A DNA stretch of 64,000 nt from Lama guanicoe (Eukaryota), in assembly GCA_013239625.1 (NCBI GenBank), contig MU053994.1:4445434-4509433 (forward strand), read 5' to 3'. The position numbers were made by a program, and so were the translations under genes. Positions within the stretch are counted from its first letter, which is position 1. Each line of letters opens with the position of its first letter. The notes under the pieces are model-generated. The model did not search any database and was not told where the DNA came from. It saw only the letters and a program-made list of their open reading frames with translations. This document shows, one piece after another, positions 12,191-24,870 of this stretch.

Positions 12191-15100
12191 TAAGCTATAA
12201 CAATGTTAATGAAAGGTATTTTTAAATCCTCAGCATTTTAAATTTTTTTTCAAAATTGAGGTATAGTTGATTTAAAAGGTTATATTAGTTTCAGGTGTAC
12301 AGCATAATGATTCAAACTTTTTATAGATTATATTCTATTTAAAGTTATTATAAAATAGTGGCTATATTCCTTGTGCTGTACAACATATCCTTGTATCTTA
12401 TTTATTTTATACCTAATAGTTTGTACCTCTTAATCCCTTTGCCCTGTCTTGTTCCTCCTCCTTTTTTTTTCTCCCCACTGGTAAGCATTAGTTTGTCCTC
12501 TATATCTGTGAGTCTGTTTCTGTTTTGTTATATTCATTCGTTTCATTTTTTAGATGCCACATATAAGTGATATCATATAGTGTTTGCCTTTCTCTGTCTG
12601 ACTTATTTAACTAAACATAATACCCTCGAGGTCCATCTATGTTGTTGCAAACGGCAGAATTTCCTTCTACGGCTGAGTAATATTCCACTGTATATGTATA
12701 TATACCACATCTTCTTTATCTATTCATCTGTTGATGGACACTAAGGATGCTTCCGTATCTTGACTGTTGTAAATAATGTTGAAATGAACATTGGGGTTCA
12801 TGCATCTTTTCAAATTAGTGTTTTCATTTTCTTTGGTTATATACCCAGGAGTGGAATTGCTGGATCATATGGTAGTTCTAGTTTCAGCTTTTTGAGGTAC
12901 CTTTATACTGTTTTCCATAGTGGCTGCACCAATTTACATTCCCACCAACACTGTAGAGGCGGTTCCCTTTTCTCCTCACCCTTTCCAGAATTTATTATTT
13001 GTAGACTTTTTGATGATGGCCATTCTGACAGATCTGAGCTGATATATCTTTCCAACTGTTTATGTCATCTTCAGTTTCTTTCATCAGTATCTTATAGTTT
13101 TTTTAAGTACAGGTTTTTACCTCTTTAGTAAGATTTATTTCTAGGTATTTTATTCTTTGTGATGCAATTATAATGGGACTGTTTTCTTAATTTCTCTTTC
13201 TGAGAGTTTGCTGTTAGTGTATAGAAATGCAACTGATTTCTGTATATCAATTTTGTATCCTGCAACTTTACCAAATTCATTGATGAACTCCAGTAGTTTT
13301 CTGGTGGCATCTTTAGGATTTTCTATCTATAGTATCATGTAATCTGCAAACAGTGACAGTTTCACTTCCTTTCCAATTTGGATGCCTTCTATTTCTTTTT
13401 CTTGTCTGATTGCTGTGGCTAGGACTCCCAATACTACGTCGAATAAAGAGGCAAGATGGGCATCCTTGTTCTAAGGGGAAATTCTTTCAGATTTTCACTG
13501 CTGAGTATGATATTAGCTGTGGGCTTATCATATACATCCTTTATTATGTCAAGGCATATTCCTGCTATACCCACTTTGTGAAGAGTTTTTATCAAAAGTA
13601 GACATTGAGTTTCATAAAAAGCATTTTCTGCAGCTACTGAGCTAATTACATGGTCTTTATTCTTCAATTTGGTAATGTGATGTATCACATTGAACCATTT
13701 GCAGATATTGAAAAATACTTAAATCTCTGGGATAAAACCCACTTGATCATGATGTGTGATCTTTTTAATGAATTGTTGGATTTGGTTTGCTAATATTTTG
13801 TTCAGGATTTTTTTGCATCTATGTTCATCAGTAACATTGGTCTGTAATTTTCATTTTTTTTAAGATAAATTGTCTGGTTTTGGTATTATGATGAATCATA
13901 GAGTAAGTTCAGAAGTGTTCTTTCGTCTGCTATTTTTTGGAATAGTTTGAGAAGGATAGGTTAATTCTTTAAATGTTTGGTAGAATTCACCTGTGAAACC
14001 ATCTGATCCTGGACTTTTGTTTGTTGGGAGGGTTTTTTTTTTATTACTGATTCAATTTCATTACTGATCTGTTCATATTTTCTATTTCTTCCTGGTTCAG
14101 TCTTGAGAGGTTGTACATTTCTATGAATGTGTCCATTTCTTCTAGATTGTCCATTTTATTGGCATATGGTTGTTTGTAGTCATCTCTTAAGACCTTTTGT
14201 ATTTCTGGGCTGTTGGTTGTAACTTCTTTTCTTTTCTGATTTTATTGGTTTGGGCTGTCGCTTTTTTTCTTGATGAGTCTGGCTAAAGATTTATCAATTT
14301 TGTTTATATTTTCAAATAATCAGCTCTTAGTTTCACTGATATTTTCCATTTTTTTAGTCTATTTCATTCATCTCTAATCTTTATGATTTCTTTTCTTCTA
14401 CTAACTTTGGGTTTTGTTGGTTCTTCTTTTTCTTGTTCCTTTATGTGTAAGTTTAGGTTGTTTGAGATTTTTATTTCCCAAGGTAGACTTTTATTGCTAT
14501 AATCTTCCCTCTTAGAACTGCTTTTGCTGTGTCCCACAGATTTTGCATCATTGTGTGTTCATTTTCATTCTTCTCCAGGCATTTTTAAAATTTGTTCAGT
14601 AGCCCATTGGTTGTTTAGTAGCATATTGTTTAGCTTCCACGTTTGTCTTTTGTAGTTTCTTTCTTGCTGTTGATTTCTAGTCTCATAGTGTTTGTGGTCA
14701 GAAAAGATGCTTGATATGACTTCAGTTTTCTTCATTTGACCGAGGCTTGTTCTGTAGCCTAGCATGTGTTCCTAGACTGTTCCATGTGCACATTAAAAGA
14801 ATATATTCTGCTGCTTTTGGATGGAATGTTCTATATATGTATATAGAAAAATACTTGAATCTCTGGGATATACATATATATATATATCTGTTAAGCCCAC
14901 AGGTCTAATGTGTCATTAAAGGCCAATATTTCCTCATTGGTTTTCTGTCTGGATGATTGGTCCATTGATGCAAGTGGGGTGTTAAATTTCCCTACTATTA
15001 TTGTGCTGCTGTTAACTTCTCCCTTTATGTCTGTTAATATTTGCTTTATGTATTTAGGTGCTCCTATGTTGGATGCATGTATATTTACAATTGTATCTTC

Positions 15101-15988
15101 TTCTTGGATTGATCCCTTCAGCATTATATAGTGTCCTTCTTTATCTCTTGTTACAATCTTTGTTTTAAAGTCTGTTTTGTCTGATATAAATATTGCTAAC
15201 TCAGCTTACTTTTGATTTCCATTTGCATGGAATACCTTCCATCTCCTCAGTCTGTGTGTATTTTTAGATCTGAAATGAGTCTCTTGTAGGTAGCATATAT
15301 ATTGGTCTTGTTTTTATATCCATTCAGCCACTCCATGTCTTTTGCTTGGAGCATTTAGTCCATTTACATTTAATTATTGATAGGTATGTACTTATTGTCA
15401 TTTTGTTAATTATCTGGGGGTTGTTTTTGTAGTTCTTTTTTGTTTCTTTCTTGTTCTTTTGTTTTCTTCCCGTGTGATATGATAACTAACTTTAGTGTTA
15501 TGCTTGGATTTTCTTTCTTACATGTGTATATTACAGATTTTTAGTTTGTGGTTACCATGAGGTTTTTATATATATATATATATACACACACACATATATA
15601 TATATACACATATATATGTATGTATAATGATTATTTTAAGTTGCTGATCTCAATTTCAATCACATTTTAACAACTCCGAATTTTTGTTCCTTTCCCCTCA
15701 CAATCACTGTTTTTGACATTAAATTTTACATATGTTTTGTTTATCCTTTAACTGTATATTTGCCTTTATTGATGTGTTTTTTCCTGAGTATTTTTCATGT
15801 TTCTAGTTGTGGCCTTTTCTTTTTCTCTTAGAGAAGTCCCTTTAACATTTCTTATAGAGCTGGTTTAGTGGTGCTGAACCCTTTTAGGTTTGCTTGTCTG
15901 CAAAACGTTTGATCTCTATATCAAATTTCAATGAAAGCCTTGCCAGATAGGCTATTCTTGGTTATAGGTTATTCCCTTTCATCACTTT

Positions 15989-16100
15989 TTAAAAAAAATT
16001 AGGTTTATTTACTTGTTTATTTAATGGAGGTACTGAGGATTGAAGCCAGGGCCTCATGTATGCTAGGCATGCACTCTACTACTGAGCTATACCTTCCTCC
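15989..16100 (-). mobile_element. tRNA-Ala-derived SINE of camelid vic-1 type, inserted in L1
   Basis: Minus strand GGAGGAAGGTATAGCTCAGTAGTAGAGTGCATGCCTAGCATACATGAGGCCCTGGCTTCAATCCTCAGTACCTCCA with A/B-box-like motifs and AT tail; perfect 17-bp TSD TTCCCTTTCATCACTTT at 15972-15988 and 16101-16117. Confidence 0.85.
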
Positions 16101-16685
16101 TTCCCTTTCATCACTTTAAATATGTTGTGTCTCTCCCTTCTGTCCTGCAGAGTTTCTGCTGAAAAGTCAGTTGATAGCCTTATGGTAGTTCCCTTGTACT
16201 TGTTGCTTTTCCCCTGCTGCTCTTAATATTCTCTCTTTACCTTTAATTTTTGCCATTTTAATTATAATGTGTCTAAGTGTGGTCCTTCTAGGATTGATCC
16301 TGTTTGGGACTCTCTATGCTTCCTGGACCTGGAAACCTGTCTTCTTTCCCAGGTTAGGGAACTTTTCAGCTATTATGTATTCAATATATACATTTGTTCT
16401 TTCTCTTCTCCTTCCAGGACCCCTATAATATGAATGTTAGTACAACTTGACACTATCTCATAGGTCTCTTAAACTGTCTTCATTTTTTAAAGTCTTTTTT
16501 TCTCTTTTTCTGCTCACCTTCTGTGATTTCCACTACTCTGTCTTTCAGCTTGCTGATCCATTCCTCTGTATCATCTAATCTACTACTGATTTCTTCTAGT
16601 GAATTTTAAAATTTCACTTATTGTATTCATCATCTCTGGTTGTTCCTTATGTTTTTTAACTGTTTGTTAAAAACGTCTAACTCCT

Positions 16686-16721
16686 AGGGGCAGAGTATAG
16701 CTCAAAAAAAAAGGGGGGGGG
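16686..16721 (+). mobile_element. Ultra-short retrocopy of a tRNA/SINE 5' head with A/G tail
   Basis: AGGGGCAGAGTATAGCTC + A9 + G9 between 14-bp repeats AACGTCTAACTCCT (16672-16685) and AATGTCTAACTTCT (16722-16735). Confidence 0.7.
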
Positions 16722-19700
16722 AATGTCTAACTTCTCACTCTATTCATCCATTCTTCTCCCAATTTCTTTGAGCATCTTCATGATCATTACCTTGAACTCT
16801 TTCTCAGGTGGGCCTATCTCCACTTTACTTAGTCCTTCTTCCAGAGTTTTATCCTGTTCCTTCATTTGAAATATGTTCCTTTTTCACCTCATTTTGACTA
16901 ATTTTCTGTTTTTATTTCCATGTATTTAGTAGGTTGGTCCTGTTTCTCAACATTGGAGAAGTGGCTTTTTATAGGAGACATCCTCTGCATCCCAACAGCA
17001 CACTTCCCTCTGGTCACCAGAGCTACAAGCTCTAGGGGCACCCCCTATGTTGCCTGTGTGGGTCCTTCTGTTGTGGTAGGCTGACTGTTGTGGGAAATCT
17101 GGTAGGTGTGGCTGTCCTTTGGTCTGGCTGGTTGACTAGCCCTGCCTTGTGTGAAGGCTACTGGCCACTGGCTGGTAGAACTGCGGCAGGTCTTGGAGCT
17201 AGTTCTGGCTCACTAGAGCCTGGTTCTGGGGTGGGTGGTTGCAGGGTCACCATTCTTGGCTCTAGTGTCAATCTACTGGTGGGTGAGGCCAATTCCTGAC
17301 ATGGCTGGTTATGGGTTTTGCAATATCCCCAAAATGGTACTGGCCTACTGGTGAGTGGGGCTAGATCCCAGGGTGGCTGGCTGAGGAGTCCAAAGTATCT
17401 CAGATGTTGGCCTGCTGATGGGTGGGAGGGGCCTGGGCCCAGGGAATCCCAGGGCTAGTGTCTGCACTTTGATGTGTGGGGCCAGGTCTTGGGCCCTCTG
17501 GTGGACAGGGCCATGTCCAGGAGCAGCTGTGGACTCAAGGGGTCTTAAAGCAGCCTGTCAGCCATTGAGTGGGGCTGTGTCAGTGCCCAGCTAGTTAGTT
17601 ACTTGACCCTGAGGTGTTCCAGTACAGGAGTCTATAGGCTGGTGGGTGGAGGTGGGGCTGGGTCCTGGAGCTAAAAAGCTAGAGGGAGGATTCCAAGATG
17701 GGTCTTGCCAGTACTGGTGTCCACATGGTAGAATGAGCTCTCCAAATCAGCTGCTACCTGTGTCTGTCTCCAGGGTGAGCTCCAGTTGCCTTCAGTCTGT
17801 CCAGAAGACTCTCTGAGATCAGCAGGTGGGTTCTGACCCAGGCTCCTTTCAAATTACTGCTTCTGCACTGGGTCCCAGAACATGTGAGATTTTGTGTGTG
17901 CCCTTTAAGAGTGGAGTCTATTTCCCACAGCTCTTTGGGTCTCCTGAAAGTAAGCCCCACTGGCCTTCAAAGCCAAATGTTCTGGGGGCTTGTCTTCCTG
18001 GTTCAGGACACCTAGGCTGGAGAGTCCAATGTGTGGATCAGACATCTCACTCCTTGGGGAGAACCTCTGCAATTGTTATTCTCCAGTTTGTGGCTTGCTC
18101 ACCTTGGGGTATAGGTCTTAACTATATCCCAACTTTACCCCTCCTACCCATCTCTTTGTGATTTCTTCTTTTTATCTTCAGTTGTAGAGGTCTTTTCTGA
18201 TAGGTTATGGTCTTTCTCATTAATAGTTTCTCTGTAAATATTTGTAATTTTTGTGTGCCCATGAAAGGAGGTGAGCTCAGGGTCTTCCTACTCTAGTATC
18301 TTGGGAACTCCTTGGGTGTGAAATTTTTTATATTTTAAAATTCCAAAGTACTTTATATTAGTCTTTTTTTGTTTTTTTTTTATCATGTTATCTAAAATGC
18401 TCTGTGGAAACAAATAACTTAATGATACATGACCCAGAAAACTAGAAAAGATATATTGTTATTGTTTAACCTAAAAATTGCAAAACTGAGCCTTAAAATT
18501 TATGAAATTTATTTCAGGAACTATCCAACAGGTATATAAACAATTATAGAATTTCTTCAGAACATTAAAACTTGATAAAAGTTAGGATGCTTGACAAATA
18601 CCTTTAATGTTCAAAACTAGTACTTTAATATGAGACATCAAATTCCACGGCCAAAAGTGCTCAATCTAGATTAATCTGGACAATTTCTTCAAGAGATCAT
18701 GTTATTTATCAGTAGTATGTATAATTCAGTGTATTGCACACATCTGCAAAACAGTAATAATTTGCTATAGAGGGACGGCATTTGCACAAGCTGAGAGTGT
18801 GTAGAAGACATACTAATTTACAACCATTGCACTTAACAGCAACTTGAGAAACATGAAAACTACAAAATTACCTTTCTTTTTAATTAAAAAGAAAGACAGA
18901 GAAGTTAATTGACTATTCATTCACTTAGTATTTATGGAGTAGGTATAGAAGGCAAGGCATCAATGATCAACCTATTTTGAAGAAAAACCCTGCCAACATT
19001 TGGAAGACATTACTGGGAAGCCACTAGGATACAGTCTGTCCTTCATATTCGGTGGCCCACTTTAAAAGTTCTGTACTGTTACAGGCACCAATAAACACAG
19101 GCATCTGAGACCCTCAGGGATAGCGATACGAGCTTTCAGGTGAAGTGGGAAGTCACTACTCTGAAACATTGTGAATTTAGTAGAGGGAGCCATTGACAAA
19201 CTATTTTGCAACTGCACGTGCTCATAAGATGAGGTATCATTAGGAAAAGCCACATAAAGCTGTTGCAGCTGTGTTATATAAAAAGTGGGAACAATTTAAT
19301 AGAAAATGTCATCCTTTGCAGAATGTTGATTGCCTATTTTTTTCCATAAAGCCTTCTCATCAGAGGGGCTCCAGCAGCTGTGAGAAGGCATCCTGTCACT
19401 GAAGTTCCCAGACGTCCTGGTGTACAAAGCTCTCCATGTGCTGTTTGGCATCTAAAACATTCTGCTTTTTTTTCCCTTCATACTACACTATAGAACATGG
19501 AATACTTTCTTCCTGTGAAGATGGAACAAGGACTAGCTTTTTGACACTGGAATTTCAGTGTAAACAAGCAGAACATCTGCTGAAGCCATGAGGTGCTTTT
19601 TCTTTTTTTTTTTTTGCATTCTGGATCAAGGAACCCTAAAGCTATAACATTCTATAATTCTGTAATGTTAAGGGTTTCTTCTTAACAGATGGCAGTCATT

Positions 19701-20114
19701 ACAAGTTACTTCAGGGCATAACTCTTCAGAGGCTAAGATGAAATTGTGTCCCACGCAAAATAAAGAAAAGAGATTTGATGGAGAAGAGGCAGGGTCAAGT
19801 GGTTTTTTAATCATGTTAGAATTCTCCAACTTGAAAGTTCTATTTTCTCATAATTAGTTTTAGAAAGGTGACTTGGTCATAAATTTTACATCATAAAAAT
19901 CACTGGGCTTCAGAAATTTAATAGCTACATGTCTTCCCTGAATCCAAAATAATCCCATAATTCTTGTCAAATGCTTTACATTCAACAATTTAGAGTTTAT
20001 TATAACTAAGAGGATAATGGTTTGTGCTATTTGGGTGTATAAAACACTGCAAACTAAATATATCATCCATTGCCACAGCCCAAAAATCTTGTCAGTGCTG
20101 TTCACATAGTGGGT

Positions 20115-20240
20115 ATTCATTTGTTCATTAATCTGTTCCTTCTACAAATATCTACTGAGCATCTCCTATGTAGTAGGTACTGTTCTAGGTGCTGAATCTG
20201 CAACTGTGAGCGAGAGAAACAAGAATCTCTTCTCTCGTGA
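20115..20240 (-). mobile_element. L2 3' fragment
   Basis: ACAAATATCTACTGAGCATCTCCTATG..GTACTGTTCTAGGTGCTG. Confidence 0.7.
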
Positions 20241-20382
20241 AGCATACCACCCCTTGAGACACACACATACACACACATATACACAGGTGTTAAATGAAGG
20301 AGAGACATACTATACAGGTTGTACAGTGTGATAGACATATTTTAATGTGGCTTCCATGATTCCTGTCTCCTGGTATTTACAC

Positions 20383-20924
20383 TGAAGGGTGGCAGAATAT
20401 GCCACCCCAAGATAGACTTTTTTCCCAGAAAGATTATTTTATTCTGATTATTTTGAGAAACAGCAGACACAGAAGAAGCTCTGAAAACAAAATACGAATT
20501 ACCCTTTTGTAAGAGACATTTACATTTATAAAGGAAATCCCCCATTTGTAAGGGTACCTTCCTTGCTGTACCAGAAAGAGAGGAGAACTAAATCACAAGA
20601 AACTCTTATTAATGTAGAAGACACTGACTTTAATCTACATAACAAACCTTATTCTTGTTTACCTTACTTTTTCAGTCACCTCACAATTGGCCTCTCCTAC
20701 ACACTTCTTTCTTTTGTATTTAGCTGAAGATAGTATTCAAGCCTGAATTCTAAGCCACCACTTCTGAGAGTTACCCATTTATCTTTGGTTATCTCTTATG
20801 TCTACATGAGGTGTACATGTTAATAAACTTCCGTTTGCTTTTCTTATTAATCTGTGTTTTGTTACAGGAGCCCCAGCTGAGAAATTAGAAGGGCAGAAGG
20901 AAAATTATTTTTTCCACCCCTACA
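20383..20924 (+). mobile_element. MER34-like ERV1 solo LTR
   Basis: TGAAGGGTGGCAGAATATGCCACCCCAA..CCCCTACA; 4-bp TSD ACAC/ACAC; internal AATAAA. Confidence 0.85.
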
Positions 20925-21100
20925 ACACCTCGAATCCTTCCCATTGAGTGTGGGCGGGATCTGTGACTTGCTTTTAACCAGTTCAACGTGGCAAAGGTGG
21001 TAGGATGTAGTGATCATGTGAATACATGATGACATAAGCAAGTAGCACTCATTTTGCTAGTTTCTCTCTCTCTGTTTCCTCCACTGAAGAATTACACTGC

Positions 21101-21604
21101 TGATGGGGTTCAGGACAAGATACTCCAAAATATGGCACCTTGGCTATTGAATAGTTTGAGGTGAAGGAGTTTGCAAAAACAGTAGAAGCAAGAAAGTCAC
21201 TCTGACCTTCCCCCACTAGCCTCCTTCTCTAAAGCAGGTTATAAAATCCTCATGTGAGAGGTGCCCTCCCTATACCCAGTGGAAAGGAGCATCCTTATCT
21301 ACAAAGATAAAGGGACCCTTGAAAGAATCTGAACAAACAGGTCTTGCTAAGTTTACCCCAGTCTACCACACTTAACCTATCATATTCCTCCACAACTGTC
21401 CACTCTCCATCAAACTTAGCATAAAAATCCTCAGGTCTCACTATTTCTTCAGCCCTTCATTCCCTATGAAGGCTCTCATGGCATGTAAAAGTTATGTTAA
21501 ATAAATTTATATGCTTTTCTCCCATTAATCTGTTTTTGTCAGTTTAATTTTCAGACCCCAACCCAGGATCCTAAGAGTCAAGGAAAGCATTTTCCCCTCC
21601 TACA
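21101..21604 (+). mobile_element. MER39-like ERV1 solo LTR
   Basis: TGATGGGGTTCAGGAC..CCAAAATATGGCACCTTGGC..CTCCTACA; flanks CTGC/CCAC. Confidence 0.85.
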
Positions 21605-23029
21605 CCACCATGAATCCTATAATCTCAAGGAAAATAATTCTGCCAATAACCTGAGGGAGCGTTGGAGCAGATCCTTTCCTAGTTGGGCCTCTGATGAGAA
21701 CCCAGTTCTGACTGAATCTTGATTGCAGCTTCATCAGACACTAAGTAGAGACACTAAGCTGTGCCTGGAATCCTGACCCACAGAAACAGTGAGATAATCA
21801 ACGTGTGTTGTTTTAAGTCGCTACGTTTGTAGTGTTTTGTTACATGGCAGAGATCATTAATACAGACAGAACTGCGGTCTTGCTTATGGGTCATAGAGAT
21901 AATTATCACTCTAAAATATTTCAGTCATGGATAATTATGTTCTGTCTTCTGTAAAAAATTATTTTTAAAAGCATTGCATCATTGGCTCAAATACTGTTTT
22001 GTGCTAATATGTTTGTCTCGTAAATCTTTGTGACCTACACTCATCTGATGAAATGGGCCAACCATATAGGACCAGCCTTGTCTTTACTGAATGAACCAAT
22101 TTATAGATAAACCTGTGCTGGTCTCATTTCTGTTTCTCAATCAGTGAGCCCAGACAACGGGTCCATCTACATAACTTAAGTATAAATAGCTCCACGTGTA
22201 GAGACCAATTTACCAAGAGCTTTTACTAGCCTCATCTCTCAGAGTCCTCACTCGAAGTGAGTTCCCCACTTTTACAATGAGGAACCTGAGGCTGAGAGAA
22301 TTGACAAACTAAAATCGTATCATTACATTAGTAAGTGGCAAAGGTGGGACTCAGACCACCGAACATCATCAGGAAAACAACATGTTGTTCATTTCATTCT
22401 GCCACGGCTGCCTGTGTAGGAAATTGAGTGCCCCGTCCCTGCAGTCCACCCTGAGTCAGCGGAACCTTAAGCCAGCACCAGTGCTCTCCTTTCAATTAGA
22501 AACGGCTACAAGCAACATGTAAACAAAAGGGAATGAACAAAAGGGAACATCTCCTCCTTCAAGTAACGGATTTAGCCTGAACCATTTGCTGTGTTCCAAG
22601 CACTATGCTGGGTACTGGGAATAGCAGAATGAGTAAGAACTGTTGTCTCTGCCCTCCTCTCCACCCTCACCCCCCATCACTACCACCACCACCAGGAGCT
22701 TTTAGTCTAGGAGACAGACTTACATGATTTCAGTTTGATGTGCTGAGTCCAAAGAGAGGGCACGGACTGTGAGGGTACTGCTGGACCGCAGTGGGCCAAT
22801 GAATCTGCCGATGGCTTTCAGGGAAGTCTTCTGACAGGAGAAGGAGCCTTAGCGGAGGTCTGCAAAGGCAAGTCAAGTGTCAGTTATGTGTTCCAGGCAA
22901 AGGAAATCAGTAGGCAGGTTACGGGAGCAGGATGCAACCTGCAGAGGACAGGAAAGCTCAGCAGTTGAGTGTTAATAATAAATGAAGCTTGGGGCATGAA
23001 GTAGTCAGAGAGTCAACCATAAAAACCTT

Positions 23030-23270
23030 CGCTTAAATTGCATGTATGCCCGCCATACGCCAGGTTCTGTGGTAAGACCCTTACCAACAGAAAACAATTA
23101 AATTCTAACAACAACTGAGGTAAGCATCATTATCATCTCTGTTTTTCAGATGAGGAAACTGAGGCTGGGAAATGTTGAGTCACTGGCACAAGTCCCCACA
23201 ACCAATAACTGGCAGAGTTGACATTTGAACCTGTTTGATTCCAAACTCTTAGCCAAATCCTGCACTGCTC
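23030..23270 (-). mobile_element. MIR SINE
   Basis: TTTTCAGATGAGGAAACTGAGGCT core. Confidence 0.75.
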
Positions 23271-23322
23271 CTCTGGGTAGGAGATGGGTCTGAAGAACAT
23301 GGTACTTCATCTTAGTCAATAG

Positions 23323-23545
23323 CAAGGGTCATAAAACTTTTTGTAATAAGGGACCAGATCATAAATATTTCAGGCTTTGTGAGCCATATGGTCTCTTGCA
23401 ACTATTCAACTCTATTGTTGGAGCGGGAAAGCAGCCACAGACAATACATAGACCAATGAGCATGGTTGTGTTCCTATAAAACTTTATTTACAAAGACAGG
23501 CATCATAATGGATTTGGCCCATGGACCATAGTTTGCCAGTTCCTG
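23323..23545. mobile_element. MER58A (hAT-Charlie MITE)
   Basis: AAAGCAGCCACAGACAATAC..AAAACTTTATTTACAAA..GGATTTGGCCC..TAGTTTGCC. Confidence 0.85.
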
Positions 23546-23724
23546 ATGAACAGGAAACCAATAAAGGGTTTTAAGCAAGGAATGGATGTGATCAGTTTTG
23601 AATAGTGCTGTTCTAACAGTCTGGTTCATGCCAGAAATGCCCGCAGGCCATCCCAGTCTAGATGAGATGGCTGGTTTTAATAAGTGTCAGCAACTGGGGC
23701 TCTGTCTCCGCATACTTTCACTTC

Positions 23725-24200
23725 TCATTCATTTTATCCCTTTATTGCATAAATATTTATGGAGGTCCCATCATGATCCAGGCACTGCTTAGGCACTAGG
23801 GATATAATAACAAACAAAAATAAAGTGGTTTCTCTCCTTCTAGCGCGAGGAAGACAGCACTGGGGAGGCCAATTTTATATGAAATAATTAGGAAAATCAC
23901 TCTGATAATGGGATGTTTGAACAAAGACTTGAAGGAAATGAGAGAACTATATATATATATCATATATATAGAGAGAATTATATATATTATTATATGTTTT
24001 AATACATATATATATAAAAACGATTTTGAAACCCAGTATACTGGGACCATTTAAGAAATAGCAAGGGCATTGATGTGAGTGAGGCTGAGTAAAGATGGGG
24101 GGTGTGACAGGATGTTAGATGGGTAGCCAAGAGTCAGATCAGAATAAGGTCAACAGAGGGATATTTAAAGAGTTTGGGGTGTAGTTTCAGGTGTGACTTT
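23725..24200 (-). mobile_element. L2 3' region with internal (TA)n-like tract
   Basis: AAATATTTATGGAG..CCAGGCACTG..GGGATATA; TTTGAACAAAGACTTGAAGGA. Confidence 0.6.
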
Positions 24201-24232
24201 CAGTGGTGGCCAAACTGGGATTGGGGAAATTT

Positions 24233-24536
24233 TGTCACATAATAGCTTAGAATTGGTAGGCACAGGGTCTTTAAGGAAGCCTTGGTAAGTACATTGTTGT
24301 TTGGTAAGTGAACTGTTTTCCAGGAGAGCAGACCGTTGTCTCAGATAAATTGACTTGCAGGAATTTCCTGGAGCAAACAGTGAAGCTATTTATTGGTTTA
24401 TAGTCATTGGTTTATAGTCTTATCTTTCCTGGGAGAGGTTTTCCTGTAACAAATAACTAAGACATGTTGACACAGGTGGTCTCAGTTCTTCGTCCCAATT
24501 GCTGTGTCCCGTTGATGTAAGTGGTCACGTCTCACA
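24233..24536 (-). mobile_element. ERV1-type LTR fragment, family uncertain
   Basis: TG..CA bounded; LTR-like composition with an internal tandem repeat ATTGGTTTATAGTC x2. Confidence 0.4.
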
Positions 24537-24619
24537 TGTTTAAAGACGTATTGCATTATGATATGTGTAAGCTACATTTCAAAGCGCAAGAAAGAGACCC
24601 CGGTGGTAATATTATACTG

Positions 24620-24835
24620 AACAACTATGCTGGGTGCTTTTCATGCATCATCCAATTTAGTTTTCACAATAACCCTACGAGTACTACTTTTCAAAATTAC
24701 AGTTGAGAAAACGGAAACTTGGAGAGTTGACGTGCCCACAGGCACATAACTAGAAAGCGACAGAGACAGGATTAAAATTCAGGGTCTTTTTCCCTCCACA
24801 ATCCATATGCTAAACCACAGCAAAACATTGCCTCC
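24620..24835 (-). mobile_element. MIR SINE
   Basis: TCACAATAACCCT..TTACAGTTGAGAAAACGGA core. Confidence 0.65.
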
Positions 24836-24870
24836 TATAAAGCAAAAACAAAAAGCAGCACATTTCTAAT

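Larger units (their letters stand above)
12245..18310 (-). mobile_element. Near-full-length older L1 (L1MA-like), decayed: GC-richer 5' region, ORF1, ORF2 with internal deletion, 3' UTR
   Basis: ORF2 remnants 14891-15124 (endonuclease-like IVNIHASNIGAPKYIKQIL), 14565-14765 and 13434-13688 (RT-like KPTANIIL); T-rich 3' end at ~12245; GC-richer 5' region ~16980-18300. Confidence 0.9.
20346..21864 (+). mobile_element. MLT1E/F-type MaLR LTR split by two nested ERV1 LTRs
   Basis: Pieces 20346-20382, 20929-21100 and 21609-21864 join into one MLT1 (TTGAGTGTGGGCGGGATCTGTGACTTGC..CCCACAGAAACAGTGAGATAAT..TAATACA). Confidence 0.8.

Noticed and set aside
16020..16100. Functional tRNA-Ala gene
   Set aside because: It has an AT-rich tail, a 17-bp TSD and mismatched stems, so it is a SINE copy.
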